A stretch of 32,926 nucleotides of DNA, from positions 1 through 32,926 of the forward strand of contig JAKQQL010000255.1 of assembly GCA_029564175.1 (NCBI GenBank), in the 5' to 3' direction. The translations under genes were made by a program, and so were the position numbers. Positions 10,795-20,666 of the stretch are shown here, piece by piece. Within the stretch, counting starts at the first letter, position 1, and every line of letters starts with the position of its first letter. The notes below the pieces were generated by a model. The model saw nothing but the letters and a program-made list of their open reading frames with translations, did not search any database and was not told the origin of the DNA. Source of the DNA: Candidatus Cloacimonadota bacterium. GTDB lineage: Bacteria > Cloacimonadota > Cloacimonadia > Cloacimonadales > WRIO01.

Positions 10795-12414
10795 ATGTCA
10801 GAAAGTTTATTTTTTAATGGAAAAATCCTCACTTTTGATATAGAGAACGAATTTCCCGAAGCCGTGCTGGTAAAGGACGGACGAGTCGTCAAGACCGGTT
10901 CATACCATTTATTAAAAAATGAGATAAAAGATCCTCAAAATCGGATAGATTTACAGGGTCGGGTGCTGTTGCCAGCAATCTGCGATGTTCATACCCATTT
11001 TTATGAAATGGCAAAATTTGCCCGTTACATTGATTTAAGTCAGGCAAACTCTGTGGCTGAGATGGAAGCGCAACTACAGGCATACCGTCAGAATTTGAAA
11101 GAAAAACCAAACTGGATTCGCGGGTGGGGCTGGAGTCTGAACCGATATCCCGATGCACAGTATTTAAACAAACAGCTTTTGGACCGTATTTTCCCCGATA
11201 TTCCTGTAACCTTTGACAGTCATGATTTACATTCCAAATGGTGTAATTCACTGGCATTAAAGATTGCTGATATCGATGCACAGACCCCTAATCCCGAAGG
11301 GGGAGAAATTTCCAAAGGGGCTGATGGTGAACCGGATGGCATTCTCCGTGAGCTTGCCTGGAATCTGATCAACCGTGTGGTGCCCGATTTTACTTTTGAA
11401 GAGAAAAAAGCGATCATCCGTGAAAGTGTAGAAAAAGTCTGGCAGTATGGCATTTCCGGTGTGCATTTTATGGAAGGGGAAGATCGCTTTAATATCAATA
11501 AAGCACTGGTGGAAGAGGGATTGAATTTTCGCTTTTTCTGGCATTTCCCATCCGAAATGCTGGATGATATGATAAATCGCAAATCTGCCAATGATTTTAA
11601 AATATTTGATAATACATTACAAAACAAAGATTTAAATGACTTTTTGCAGATCATGGGCATGAAAGTCTTTATGGATGGTTCTCTGGGTAGTAAAACCGCT
11701 TATATGTACGACCCCTATCCGGATTCGGGTGCTAAAGCAAACTATGGCCGGCTAACTCAAAGCTTTCAGGAGCTCTATCATCTGATGTATAAAGCCGGAA
11801 AAGCAGGCATTTCATCGACAGTTCATGCGATAGGGGATAGGTGCTGTCATGAGTTGATTCAGTGTTTTATCAGACTGAATGAAGCGCTGAATGTGAAGTT
11901 AAACCATCGAATTGAGCATTTGCAGTCTCTGTATCCAAATGATTTGCCTTATCTCAAACAGTCAGGTGTATCCTGTGCGATTCAGCCGGTACACATGAAA
12001 GAAGATCTGGCATTTATCGAAAAGATTTGGCCAAAAGCGGCAGCCTGGTCTTATCCGGTTAAGAGTCTGCTCGATTTTGACATTCCCTTTGCTTTTTCAT
12101 CTGATGCACCAGTAGAAACAATCAATCCATTTGAAGGCATCTATTCAGCTGTGGAAAGACGTTCTCATAATCATCCTCAAAACCCCAGCTGGAGACCTGA
12201 AGAATGTATCAATTCCTTACAGGCACTGGAAGCTTATACCAAAAAAGCGTCCATTATGTCAGGTATGGGGGAAAAAACAGGCATGATCAAAACGGCTTAT
12301 TTTGCTGATTTTATGATACTGAATGATTTTTTTACACAAGAGAGCATTTTTTGGTTGACAGCAAAGAGCCATTTAACCATGATTCACGGAGAAGTCGTAT
12401 ATCGTGATTTTTAA
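10795..12414 (+). CDS. Amidohydrolase family 3 protein (YtcJ-like)
   Basis: 'IDLQGRVLLPAICDVHTH', 'KVFMDGSLGSKTA', 'VHAIGD', 'RIEH', 'SSDAPV' metal-binding motifs. Confidence 0.9.
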   Translation: MSESLFFNGKILTFDIENEFPEAVLVKDGRVVKTGSYHLLKNEIKDPQNRIDLQGRVLLPAICDVHTHFYEMAKFARYIDLSQANSVAEMEAQLQAYRQNLKEKPNWIRGWGWSLNRYPDAQYLNKQLLDRIFPDIPVTFDSHDLHSKWCNSLALKIADIDAQTPNPEGGEISKGADGEPDGILRELAWNLINRVVPDFTFEEKKAIIRESVEKVWQYGISGVHFMEGEDRFNINKALVEEGLNFRFFWHFPSEMLDDMINRKSANDFKIFDNTLQNKDLNDFLQIMGMKVFMDGSLGSKTAYMYDPYPDSGAKANYGRLTQSFQELYHLMYKAGKAGISSTVHAIGDRCCHELIQCFIRLNEALNVKLNHRIEHLQSLYPNDLPYLKQSGVSCAIQPVHMKEDLAFIEKIWPKAAAWSYPVKSLLDFDIPFAFSSDAPVETINPFEGIYSAVERRSHNHPQNPSWRPEECINSLQALEAYTKKASIMSGMGEKTGMIKTAYFADFMILNDFFTQESIFWLTAKSHLTMIHGEVVYRDF

Positions 12415-12446
12415 AATAGATTTCAAATAAAATAAATGGAGTATTT

Positions 12447-15152
12447 ATGGCAAAAAGAAATAGTCAACCGGCAAGCAACCTGCTAAAAAAGAATGCCGGC
12501 ACCATTCATTTTGATCCTGAAGATTTACGCCCTCAGAATATTCTCTCCAAAAAAGAAAATATACTGATCGGCTTATTTGTCTTTGCGTTTACGCTGATTA
12601 TTTACATGCTGACTAATGCGAAGTCTCTCTCTTTCTGGGATGCGGGTGAATATATCTCCTGCAGTAGCATTCTGGGTGTACCACATCCTCCCGGAAATCC
12701 TTTCTATATTATGTTAGGACGCTTTTTTTGTGTTATTGGGATGGGGCTTCCTCATGCCGCTATAGTAAGTTTTGTTTCCTCTTTATTATCCGCTTTTGCG
12801 GTTTTGTTTACCTATCTCTTTACAGTTCAAATCCTTTCGATGACCGATAAGAATAAATATCTGGTTGCTGGCGGGGGAATAATTGCCGCATTCTTAACGG
12901 CCTTTTCCTATACGTTCTGGATGAATGCGATTGAAGCAGAAGTGTATGCAGGGCTGGCATTTGTCATCAATCTGGCAGTATGGATGACGATGGTATGGGT
13001 CAAAAAACAGCGTGATTTTTCACACCAAAATATTCTGCTGATCATTATCTATGTCCTGTTTTTAGGATTCTGTATTCATCAGACATCCTTACAGGTGGCG
13101 CCGGCTTTACTCTTTATCTGCGTATATCCCTTTATTTTACCTTATTTAAAACGCTTTAATTTCTGGGCACAGGTGGGCGGTTTTACATTTGCGTTATTGG
13201 TTTTATACATCATTTTCAATCAAATTGGTAAAGCAACGAATGTACCTGTCCTTGAGAAATTCGTTGTGGGAGCCGGTTTCTTCTTAATTTTATACTATTA
13301 TCTGAGAAATCTGGTGTCCAATAAAGTGTGGTTGTTTGCGTTTCTGTTGATTCTGTTAGGTTTTAGTCCTCATTTATATCTATTGATTCGTTCTGAATCC
13401 AGACCTTTTATCAATGAAGGGCATCCTCATAATTTTGAATTATTTATGGATTATATACTGCGTCGTCAGTATGGAGATTTCAGTTTTATGGTCAGACGTG
13501 CAGCCTTTTTCAAAGAGCAGGTTGGCTACCATTTTCTGAGATATTTTTCATGGCAGTTTTTAAATGTGGAGACAATCTCTGGCTGGTTTAAAGCCCCACA
13601 GGTTATTTTCCAGCTGATCTCTAATCTGCTGGTTACCACCCTCGGCATGTTGGGTTTTTATCATACTTTTAAGAAGAATAAACATAGCTTTGCGTATCTG
13701 ACATCGATATTCTTTATGGTGTCTCTGGCGATGATTTTCGTAATCAATTTATCAGACAAAGAAGTCCGTGACCGTGACTATTTCTTTACCACTGCTTACA
13801 ATTTCTGGGCTGTGGCAATGGGTATCGGAGCGGTTGGTTTAATCAGACTCTTTGATTTTTCAAAAGCAAAAAAGATGATTCAGTCTGTCTTGCTGGCTCT
13901 ATTGATTCTCTATCCTTTTGTAAACCTTTCCAGTCAGTACTTTGTTCATAATCGTACCGGCGAGCTGGTTTCTCTGGATTATGGTTTAAATCTGCTGAAT
14001 TCTTTGGAAAAAGATGCGATTATCTTTACCAATGGCGATAATGACACCTTCCCGCTCTGGTATGCTCAGGCAGTGAAAGATCCTCAGGCAATTGAGTATA
14101 TTCATCCGGCACGTGATGTAAATCCAACAGCCTATACAAAGGAAATTATCAGTGGCGCAATGGATTATAAAAATAAGGAATGTGCCGGAATCCGTAAAGA
14201 TGTAACTGTCGCCAATCTCAGTTTACTGAATACCCCCTGGTATATTCGCCAGCTAAGAGATAAAGAAGGCGTGGAATTTAATGTGGAAGACAGAAATATA
14301 GATCAGTTGATGCCAATCAGACTGGACAGTGATTCAGAAGTCCAGATCGGAGACCCTAAAACTGGGCAATCATTTATCATCAAACTGGCAAAAGATACTC
14401 CTTTGTTAGTGAAAGATTATGCTGTCATTCAGATTATTAAGGATAATTTTGGCAAACGTCCGATATACTTTGCTGTTACCTGCTCAGAGACTTCCGGATT
14501 TGACAAACATCTGAGAAACGAAGGAATGGTGGACAGAGTGGTTATCGAAGAATTAGCAGAGAATATTGATGCTGAACGTCTGGAAAAGAATCTGACTAAA
14601 GTGTATCAATATCGTGGCATCTTTAACGATAAACTTTATAAAGATGAAAATATGACTCGTCTGGTAACCAATTATGGTGCTGCTTTTATGAGATTATCTG
14701 ATCATTATAAACGTCAAAAAAACTATGACAAATCAATCAATCTCTTTGAACAGGCAATTCGTTTTATTTCAGAACCTGAACAGGAAAGATTCTTAGGTCT
14801 CAAAACCCTGCTCTATGTAGAAGCCGGCAAAGCAGAACAAGCAGAAAAAGAAGTGCTTGCAGCGCTGGAGAAAAATCCTGCTAATTCTCAGTTACTGATT
14901 CAGCTCGCTTATGCAATGATTCGTTCCAACTATGTGGACAAGGGCTTCAAATACCTTGAAAGAGCAGCAGCGATTACACCAGCAGATGTCGATCTGGCCA
15001 GTTTGATTGTGCAAGCCGCTGTAGCATATAATCAACGGGATCGTGGTATTAAAATCCTGACAACAATGGTTCCGCACCAGGCAGAAGCTCAGGAATATAT
15101 CAAGTACCTGCGTGACCCTGAATTTACGCTGGATAAAACCTCATTTAATTAA
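12447..15152 (+). CDS. DUF2723/TMEM260-like membrane glycosyltransferase with C-terminal TPR-like helices
   Basis: 'SFWDAGEYI...LGVPHPPGNPFY', 'AIEAEVY', 'VRDRDYFF', 'IFTNGDNDTFPLWY' motifs; many TM helices. Confidence 0.88.
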   Translation: MAKRNSQPASNLLKKNAGTIHFDPEDLRPQNILSKKENILIGLFVFAFTLIIYMLTNAKSLSFWDAGEYISCSSILGVPHPPGNPFYIMLGRFFCVIGMGLPHAAIVSFVSSLLSAFAVLFTYLFTVQILSMTDKNKYLVAGGGIIAAFLTAFSYTFWMNAIEAEVYAGLAFVINLAVWMTMVWVKKQRDFSHQNILLIIIYVLFLGFCIHQTSLQVAPALLFICVYPFILPYLKRFNFWAQVGGFTFALLVLYIIFNQIGKATNVPVLEKFVVGAGFFLILYYYLRNLVSNKVWLFAFLLILLGFSPHLYLLIRSESRPFINEGHPHNFELFMDYILRRQYGDFSFMVRRAAFFKEQVGYHFLRYFSWQFLNVETISGWFKAPQVIFQLISNLLVTTLGMLGFYHTFKKNKHSFAYLTSIFFMVSLAMIFVINLSDKEVRDRDYFFTTAYNFWAVAMGIGAVGLIRLFDFSKAKKMIQSVLLALLILYPFVNLSSQYFVHNRTGELVSLDYGLNLLNSLEKDAIIFTNGDNDTFPLWYAQAVKDPQAIEYIHPARDVNPTAYTKEIISGAMDYKNKECAGIRKDVTVANLSLLNTPWYIRQLRDKEGVEFNVEDRNIDQLMPIRLDSDSEVQIGDPKTGQSFIIKLAKDTPLLVKDYAVIQIIKDNFGKRPIYFAVTCSETSGFDKHLRNEGMVDRVVIEELAENIDAERLEKNLTKVYQYRGIFNDKLYKDENMTRLVTNYGAAFMRLSDHYKRQKNYDKSINLFEQAIRFISEPEQERFLGLKTLLYVEAGKAEQAEKEVLAALEKNPANSQLLIQLAYAMIRSNYVDKGFKYLERAAAITPADVDLASLIVQAAVAYNQRDRGIKILTTMVPHQAEAQEYIKYLRDPEFTLDKTSFN

Positions 15153-15171
15153 AAAAAATCTTAAAATGAAT

Positions 15172-15202
15172 AAAGCCCCCTCTCATTGAGAAGGGGCTTT
15201 TT
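15172..15202 (+). terminator. Intrinsic terminator
   Basis: AAAGCCCCCTCTC-ATT-GAGAAGGGGCTTTTT. Confidence 0.8.
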
Positions 15203-15204
15203 GT

Positions 15205-15560
15205 CTTTTCTCGCAAAGCGCGCAATGTTCGCAAAGAAAAATGGGTGCCTATTGCGGTTAAATGACTGGTACGTGATAAAATTCCTCTCCTGTGGAGGGG
15301 TGCCCCTTTGGGGCGGGGTGGTAAGTTCGCTTAGTTGTAGCGCAAGCAACCTGCTTGCGAATGTAAATTTTTCATGCTTATCGTGGTGATTCAAACAATG
15401 TATCAAGCGGAGAAGATTGTATCAAAATCAACTGCTCTTGACAGGAATTTGTACTCATTCATCATTTATCATTTATCATTCATAATTAAACGTACCACCC
15501 TGTCACTTCGTGCCACCCCTCCATCGGAGGGGAATTTAACTCATTCATCATTTATCATTT
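15205..15560 (-). repeat. Composite intergenic repeat, right copy (inverted relative to 7921-8236)
   Basis: Reverse complement aligns module by module with the left copy, with an extra CCCCTCC-type element at 15279-15323. Confidence 0.85.
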
Positions 15561-15624
15561 ATCATTCATAATTAAACGTACCACCCCGTCACTTCGTGCC
15601 ACCCCTCCATCGGAGGGGAATTAT
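15453..15624. repeat. 86-bp tandem duplication (two copies) containing the CCCCTCC element
   Basis: actcattcatcatttatcatttatcattcataattaaacgtaccaccc...ggaggggaatt starts at 15453 and at 15539. Confidence 0.9.
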
Positions 15625-15919
15625 TATTCGAGTATTTTTCAACCATACATCCGTAAAACAATACTTCGATTTATGTTTCAAACGGTTTTCTTTTCTCGCA
15701 AAGAGCGCAATGTTCGCAAAGAAAAATGGGTTCTTACAGCGGAGGGGAATTTAACTTATTTTTTACTTCAGATTAGATATTGCTTGAGTCATTACCCATT
15801 TTTAATGAGAATGTAATGCTGAATGATTTTAAATATTCTATTTATAAGAGTAAAGCTTTTGATAAGGAAAGGATAAGGGAAGGATAAGGAAGCAATAAGA
15901 AAAAAATCAAAATATTAGA

Positions 15920-15948
15920 TTGACAATCAAAGAAAAAAAGGATAAAAT
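15920..15948 (+). promoter_or_regulatory. Putative sigma70 promoter
   Basis: TTGACA-N17-TAAAAT; implies the track's TTG start at 15920 is not the real start. Confidence 0.7.
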
Positions 15949-15973
15949 AATGTGCAAAATGAAGGGGGTGAGT

Positions 15974-17953
15974 ATGAACACTCAAACGCGTAGAAAACAT
16001 CTGTGTGCAAAGTATTGGTTGATACTTGCATTTTGCATAATTTTAGCAGGACATCTTCAGGGGGCTATCATTCATGTCCCTGCTGATCATGCAACAATAC
16101 AATCAGCTATCAATGCAGCTTCTCACGGAGATGAAATCATTGTCGCTGATGGCACGTACAAAGGGGTAGGTAATACCAATCTCAGCTGGGCAAACAAGGA
16201 TATTTATCTTCATTCTGCCAATGGCTCTGCGAATTGTATTCTGGATGGAGAGGGTAATAGCCGTATTTTTAGTTTTGATTTCTACGATCATTCTGGTTAC
16301 TGGATAAATTCTGCGACCATTATCGAAGGTTTTACAATGAAAAGTGGATATGCCTCTGGTCATCTTCAGGGAGGAGGTGCCATTTACATCAGGTTATATG
16401 ATCATATCTTTGCACCGATTATCCGCAACAATGTATTTATAGATAATAATTCCGCTTTATATTATGGGGGCGCAATCTTCTACTATCATGGATTGGTAGG
16501 TCCTCAATATCCGAGATGTATTATTGAAAACAATAGTTTTTCTGGTAATAACGCTCAAAGCGGAGGTGCGATCAGTATTGAGTACAGTGAAGTCATTATC
16601 AGAAACAATACTTTTAGCAATAACACAAGCAATCCGGGTATCGGTGGTGCACTTCATATATACAACGGTTCTGTGAACGACCAGAGGGTAGAGGTGAGCA
16701 AAAATATCTTTGACGGAAATCATGCAAATGGATCAAATGTATATGGTCATGGGGGTGCGATTGGTGTGGAAGGGATGAGTGGTGGATTGTTTGAGAAAAA
16801 CATCATAAAAAACAATACTGCTTTTTACTATGGTGGTGGAATTTATATTGGTCATTCAACCCCTCGATTTGAGAACAATCTGATTTATGATAACGTCTGT
16901 AATAATTATGGTTCAGCTGTGATGTTTTACAACTATGACGGCGGATATTTTATCAATAATACACTTTCTGGGAATACCGGCGATGCGGCGATCCATTGTT
17001 ACGGGTTTAATGATAATGTGGACCCTGTTATATCCAACAATATCATCTGGGGTAATTCCGCTGCATTTAGTTTCAATGGGGTGAAGAATCAGCCCTTGAT
17101 TGGGTACAATGATATTCAGGGTTCTTTTCCTGCTCAAGGGGTGAATGTTGGTAATAATCTTTATGAGAATCCTTTATTTGTAAATCCTTCTGGCAAAGAT
17201 TTTCGTCTGAATACTGGTAGTCCCTGTATATCTGCAGCGACTGCAACGAATGCACCGGCAAGTGATTTTGCAGACAGAGTCAGACCTACAGGTGAAGGCA
17301 TTGATATGGGCGCTTATGAATTCTTTGATGACGGGACATTGCCTGTTACATTGTCTTCTTTTAACGCAATCTATACAGCATCTAATACGGTTTCTATTCT
17401 GTGGACAAGCGCCTCAGAATCTAACTTAATCGGGTATCATCTCTATCGAAATACCGATGGCGGTCTTGATACGGCTGATCGGATCAGTAGCGCTGTCGTG
17501 CCAGCAATGAACCAGCCAGATGGCCATTCATATCAGTTTACTGATACAGAAATTGAAGAAGATACACATTATCAGTATTGGCTACAATCTGTAGAATTAG
17601 ATGGCAGTAATGAATTTTACGGACCGATACACATTGTCAGCGGGCATATAGGGATTGTAGCGCCTTCTGTTCCTGTGAAGACAGGCCTACATTCTGTATA
17701 TCCGAATCCTTTTAATCCGACAACAAGCATATCTTTCGCACTGGAAAAGGATTCAGAAGTGGAAATTGTCATTTACAATGCAAAAGGTCAAATCGTAAAT
17801 GTGTTGCTTAAAGCATATTACACCGCCGGTCAATATTCAAAAAACTGGACTGCTACTGATTTAAATGATCATAAATGTAGTACCGGTATGTACTTTTGTG
17901 TCATGAAAGCAGAAGGAAAAGAGTTTGTTAAGAAAATCATGTTACTGAAATAG
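15974..17953 (+). CDS. Secreted right-handed beta-helix protein (GGAI repeats) with C-terminal FlgD-Ig/T9SS-type sorting domain
   Basis: ATG 15974 after GGGGGTG RBS; signal peptide; 'TIQSAINAASHGDEIIVADGTY'; repeated GGAI/F..N motifs; 'DMGAYE', 'LPVTLSSF', 'YPNPFNP', ends 'KKIMLLK'. Confidence 0.88.
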   Translation: MNTQTRRKHLCAKYWLILAFCIILAGHLQGAIIHVPADHATIQSAINAASHGDEIIVADGTYKGVGNTNLSWANKDIYLHSANGSANCILDGEGNSRIFSFDFYDHSGYWINSATIIEGFTMKSGYASGHLQGGGAIYIRLYDHIFAPIIRNNVFIDNNSALYYGGAIFYYHGLVGPQYPRCIIENNSFSGNNAQSGGAISIEYSEVIIRNNTFSNNTSNPGIGGALHIYNGSVNDQRVEVSKNIFDGNHANGSNVYGHGGAIGVEGMSGGLFEKNIIKNNTAFYYGGGIYIGHSTPRFENNLIYDNVCNNYGSAVMFYNYDGGYFINNTLSGNTGDAAIHCYGFNDNVDPVISNNIIWGNSAAFSFNGVKNQPLIGYNDIQGSFPAQGVNVGNNLYENPLFVNPSGKDFRLNTGSPCISAATATNAPASDFADRVRPTGEGIDMGAYEFFDDGTLPVTLSSFNAIYTASNTVSILWTSASESNLIGYHLYRNTDGGLDTADRISSAVVPAMNQPDGHSYQFTDTEIEEDTHYQYWLQSVELDGSNEFYGPIHIVSGHIGIVAPSVPVKTGLHSVYPNPFNPTTSISFALEKDSEVEIVIYNAKGQIVNVLLKAYYTAGQYSKNWTATDLNDHKCSTGMYFCVMKAEGKEFVKKIMLLK

Positions 17954-17981
17954 GTACTTCTAAACTGATATCTTGAAGGAG

Positions 17982-18011
17982 AAAGTCCAGCTCTCTTTAG
18001 CTGGACATTTT
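17982..18011 (+). terminator. Probable intrinsic terminator
   Basis: GTCCAGCT-CTCTTT-AGCTGGAC followed by ATTTT. Confidence 0.6.
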
Positions 18012-18090
18012 ATTGTTAAATGAAAGACTTAATGCCCCTATCCCTCATGTTTGGAACAAAATCTGCTTTTAAAAAAACAGGAGGAACAAG

Positions 18091-19329
18091 ATGAGAACTG
18101 TACGTAAAATTGAAAAAGAAGAAGTTAAAACCTGGCTGAAGATCGCCGAGACTTCCTATCCTTCAATGGAGTTGAGCAAAGAAAAAAACATGCAGGATTT
18201 GGAAAATTATATATCAGAGGCATTTGAGTTAACAGACAGAGGTTTTTACGCTCTTTATGATGATGATCAAATGGCTGGTTCAATGATATTGTATGATTAT
18301 ACCGGTCATTATTATGGTCAGGAGATTCGTTACAAAGGTGTCGGCATGGTAGCAGTCGATTTTATGAAGAAAAAACAAAAAATTGCCAAAGATATGATAG
18401 ACTGGTATTTAGAAGATGCAAAAGCCAATAGCTTTGATATGGCAATACTCCACTCATTCAGACCTGATTTTTATAAAAATATGGGTTTTGGTTTTGGGAC
18501 AAAGGTGCATCATTATTCGATAAGTCCAGCCCAGCTGAAAAGATTTGAGGTAGTAGGTGAGTGTTTCAGAGTGAATCAGTCTCATGAAAATGAGCTGACA
18601 GAATTTTTCACTGCACTATATTGGAAACAACATGGCATGATCAGAAAAGGACAAAATGAGATAAAGCGAATGCTGAATGCGCCTGGGATTTATATTACCG
18701 GTTTCAAACAAAATGGGAAAATGACTGGTCTGACTGTTTATCAGTATCATTTTGATCAGATGAATCATCAAAAGACAGATTTAACCAGCACACTGATGGC
18801 ATTAAACAATGAAGGCTTAAAAGGGCTGTTAAATTTCTATCGTTCACAGTCTGATCAGATCAGAAAGATAAAAATACAGTCTCAGAATGAACAACTTTAC
18901 TATCTTTTAGATGACCCGAGACATACAGATCTGGAGATTATTCAAATGCCGGCCTATCACCTGATCAGTCACATGGGATTGGGGATGCTTTATAAGAGTT
19001 TGAATCATCAGAAATTACTTTCACTTCATCCAGTGAAAAAAGCGACTGTCAGTATCATGTTTGAGATTAAAGACAGCTTTCCTGCAAATCAACAGAGTCA
19101 ATTTGTAGCAGAATGGAAAGACGGTCAGCTGACATTCAAAGATAATGCAGATTATGATGTCAGAATATGCTTGAATGTCGCTGAATTTTCATCATGGATG
19201 ATGAACGCAGTCGATCTGAATACTTTATTTGAACTGGGTCTGGCAGAAGTGAGTCCGGCAGATAGATGTCAGGAACTCAATGAAATGTTTTACTGGCATC
19301 AGAAACCGGTATGTGATACCAGATTTTAG
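18091..19329 (+). CDS. Eis-like GNAT acetyltransferase with C-terminal sterol-carrier-like domain
   Basis: 412 aa; 'GVGMVAVD...KQKIAKDMI', 'LHSFRPDFYKNMGFG'; ends 'PVCDTRF' like Eis family members; RBS AGGAGG. Confidence 0.8.
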   Translation: MRTVRKIEKEEVKTWLKIAETSYPSMELSKEKNMQDLENYISEAFELTDRGFYALYDDDQMAGSMILYDYTGHYYGQEIRYKGVGMVAVDFMKKKQKIAKDMIDWYLEDAKANSFDMAILHSFRPDFYKNMGFGFGTKVHHYSISPAQLKRFEVVGECFRVNQSHENELTEFFTALYWKQHGMIRKGQNEIKRMLNAPGIYITGFKQNGKMTGLTVYQYHFDQMNHQKTDLTSTLMALNNEGLKGLLNFYRSQSDQIRKIKIQSQNEQLYYLLDDPRHTDLEIIQMPAYHLISHMGLGMLYKSLNHQKLLSLHPVKKATVSIMFEIKDSFPANQQSQFVAEWKDGQLTFKDNADYDVRICLNVAEFSSWMMNAVDLNTLFELGLAEVSPADRCQELNEMFYWHQKPVCDTRF

Positions 19330-19340
19330 CAAGACAGGTT

Positions 19341-20024
19341 TTATTCTTTTGTTAAAATTCTTTCCTGATTGATTTGTTTGTAAATATCATGTAAGGCAAG
19401 CAGATACACTTCTTCCTGCATCCTTTCAAAAGGATAAAATGGATAAAGCAATATCATCAAAGGCTGTACCCACTTCACAACTGAGGAATCTCTTTTATAA
19501 GTGGCGATCAGCCTTTGATCTTGATTATAAACTCTGGTTTCAAACTCATAATTATTCTGATAGGGAGTCGGGATAAGGGTCAGACTGGCAGTTGAAAACA
19601 TTGAAGAAATTACATACTGAGCAAAAGAATTACTTTTTAAAATACGGGTATGAATCGTGAAATCGTTTGAATGCTTGAGGCTGTCGCATAAAAGACGTCG
19701 TTTAGGAGAATTTACATCATCCGGATCATCCGTAAACATATCATAAGTACCAAGATTTTGGATTTCATAGCGTGCATCTGAAAATATGGCATTAAAGTCT
19801 TTTAATATCTGGTATTTGGAAGATAGTTTCTGAACCGTATCCAATCCTTTTATCTGATGATAATGGGAAAAAACAAAGAGGACTTTGACCGGTTTGCTGT
19901 CATTTGGTTCATAGTTCTGTGGCAGATATTGACCGTTCAGGTTTTTTCTGAAGGCAGCACAGCCACTAATTAACACAAAAACAATCAATAGTCCAGCGAT
20001 TCGTATAAAACATTTAGACAGCAT
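19341..20024 (-). CDS. Hypothetical lipoprotein
   Basis: Lipobox-like 'LISG|C' after a hydrophobic stretch; RBS AGGAG. Confidence 0.75.
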   Translation of the reverse strand: MLSKCFIRIAGLLIVFVLISGCAAFRKNLNGQYLPQNYEPNDSKPVKVLFVFSHYHQIKGLDTVQKLSSKYQILKDFNAIFSDARYEIQNLGTYDMFTDDPDDVNSPKRRLLCDSLKHSNDFTIHTRILKSNSFAQYVISSMFSTASLTLIPTPYQNNYEFETRVYNQDQRLIATYKRDSSVVKWVQPLMILLYPFYPFERMQEEVYLLALHDIYKQINQERILTKE

Positions 20025-20036
20025 ATCCAGCTCCTT

Positions 20037-20651
20037 TTATTTATCCTCTTCATCGTGCATATAGTCAGGGTAAAGCTTTTTCATGCAGGTTGGGCAGAGA
20101 CTGTGAGTAAACTCGGCCTGTGTATGCTGACGAATATATTCTTCCACCTGAAACCAGTATCCGTCATCATTGCGGATTTTCTTACAGCTTGCACAAATTG
20201 GAATCAAACCGGATAGTTCTTTAATCTTATCTGTTTGTTCTTTAAGTTTTCTTAACAACTCATTGCGTTCTTTCTCAATATTCCCTTTATAGAGTGCGAT
20301 TTCAATATTAATCTGGAGTTCTCTGTCCATAGTAGGTTTGATGATATACGCATAAGGTTCTGTAATTTTTGCCCGTTGAAAGGTGTCTTCATCAATCATA
20401 GACGTGAGGAATATGACAGGGATTTCATACTTCTTATGAATCTGTGAGGCTGTTTCAATGCCGTCAATTTCTCCATCCAGAATAATATCCATAAGGACAA
20501 TGTCAGGTTGTAGTTCAGAAAAATGTTCGATTGCATCTTCTCCTCGCTTAAAGCTACCAATTACATTGTAGCCAAGTCTTAACAATCTTTTTTTGAGGTC
20601 CATTGAAGCAACTACATCATCTTCAACAATCAACACTTTTTTCTTTTCCAA
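20037..20651 (-). CDS. Response regulator: REC domain, coiled coil, C-terminal CxxC...CxxC domain
   Basis: 'VLIVEDD', 'LMDI', 'IFLTS', 'YIIKP'; C-terminal 'IPICASCKKIRNDDGYW...THSLCPTC'; TTG start. Confidence 0.9.
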   Translation of the reverse strand: MEKKKVLIVEDDVVASMDLKKRLLRLGYNVIGSFKRGEDAIEHFSELQPDIVLMDIILDGEIDGIETASQIHKKYEIPVIFLTSMIDEDTFQRAKITEPYAYIIKPTMDRELQINIEIALYKGNIEKERNELLRKLKEQTDKIKELSGLIPICASCKKIRNDDGYWFQVEEYIRQHTQAEFTHSLCPTCMKKLYPDYMHDEEDK

Positions 20652-20666
20652 GATTTCCTTCTTTCT

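Noticed and set aside
15861..15900. Imperfect 11-bp tandem (GATAAGGAAAG) about three times
   Set aside because: Short low-complexity purine tract upstream of the promoter, with no evidence of function.
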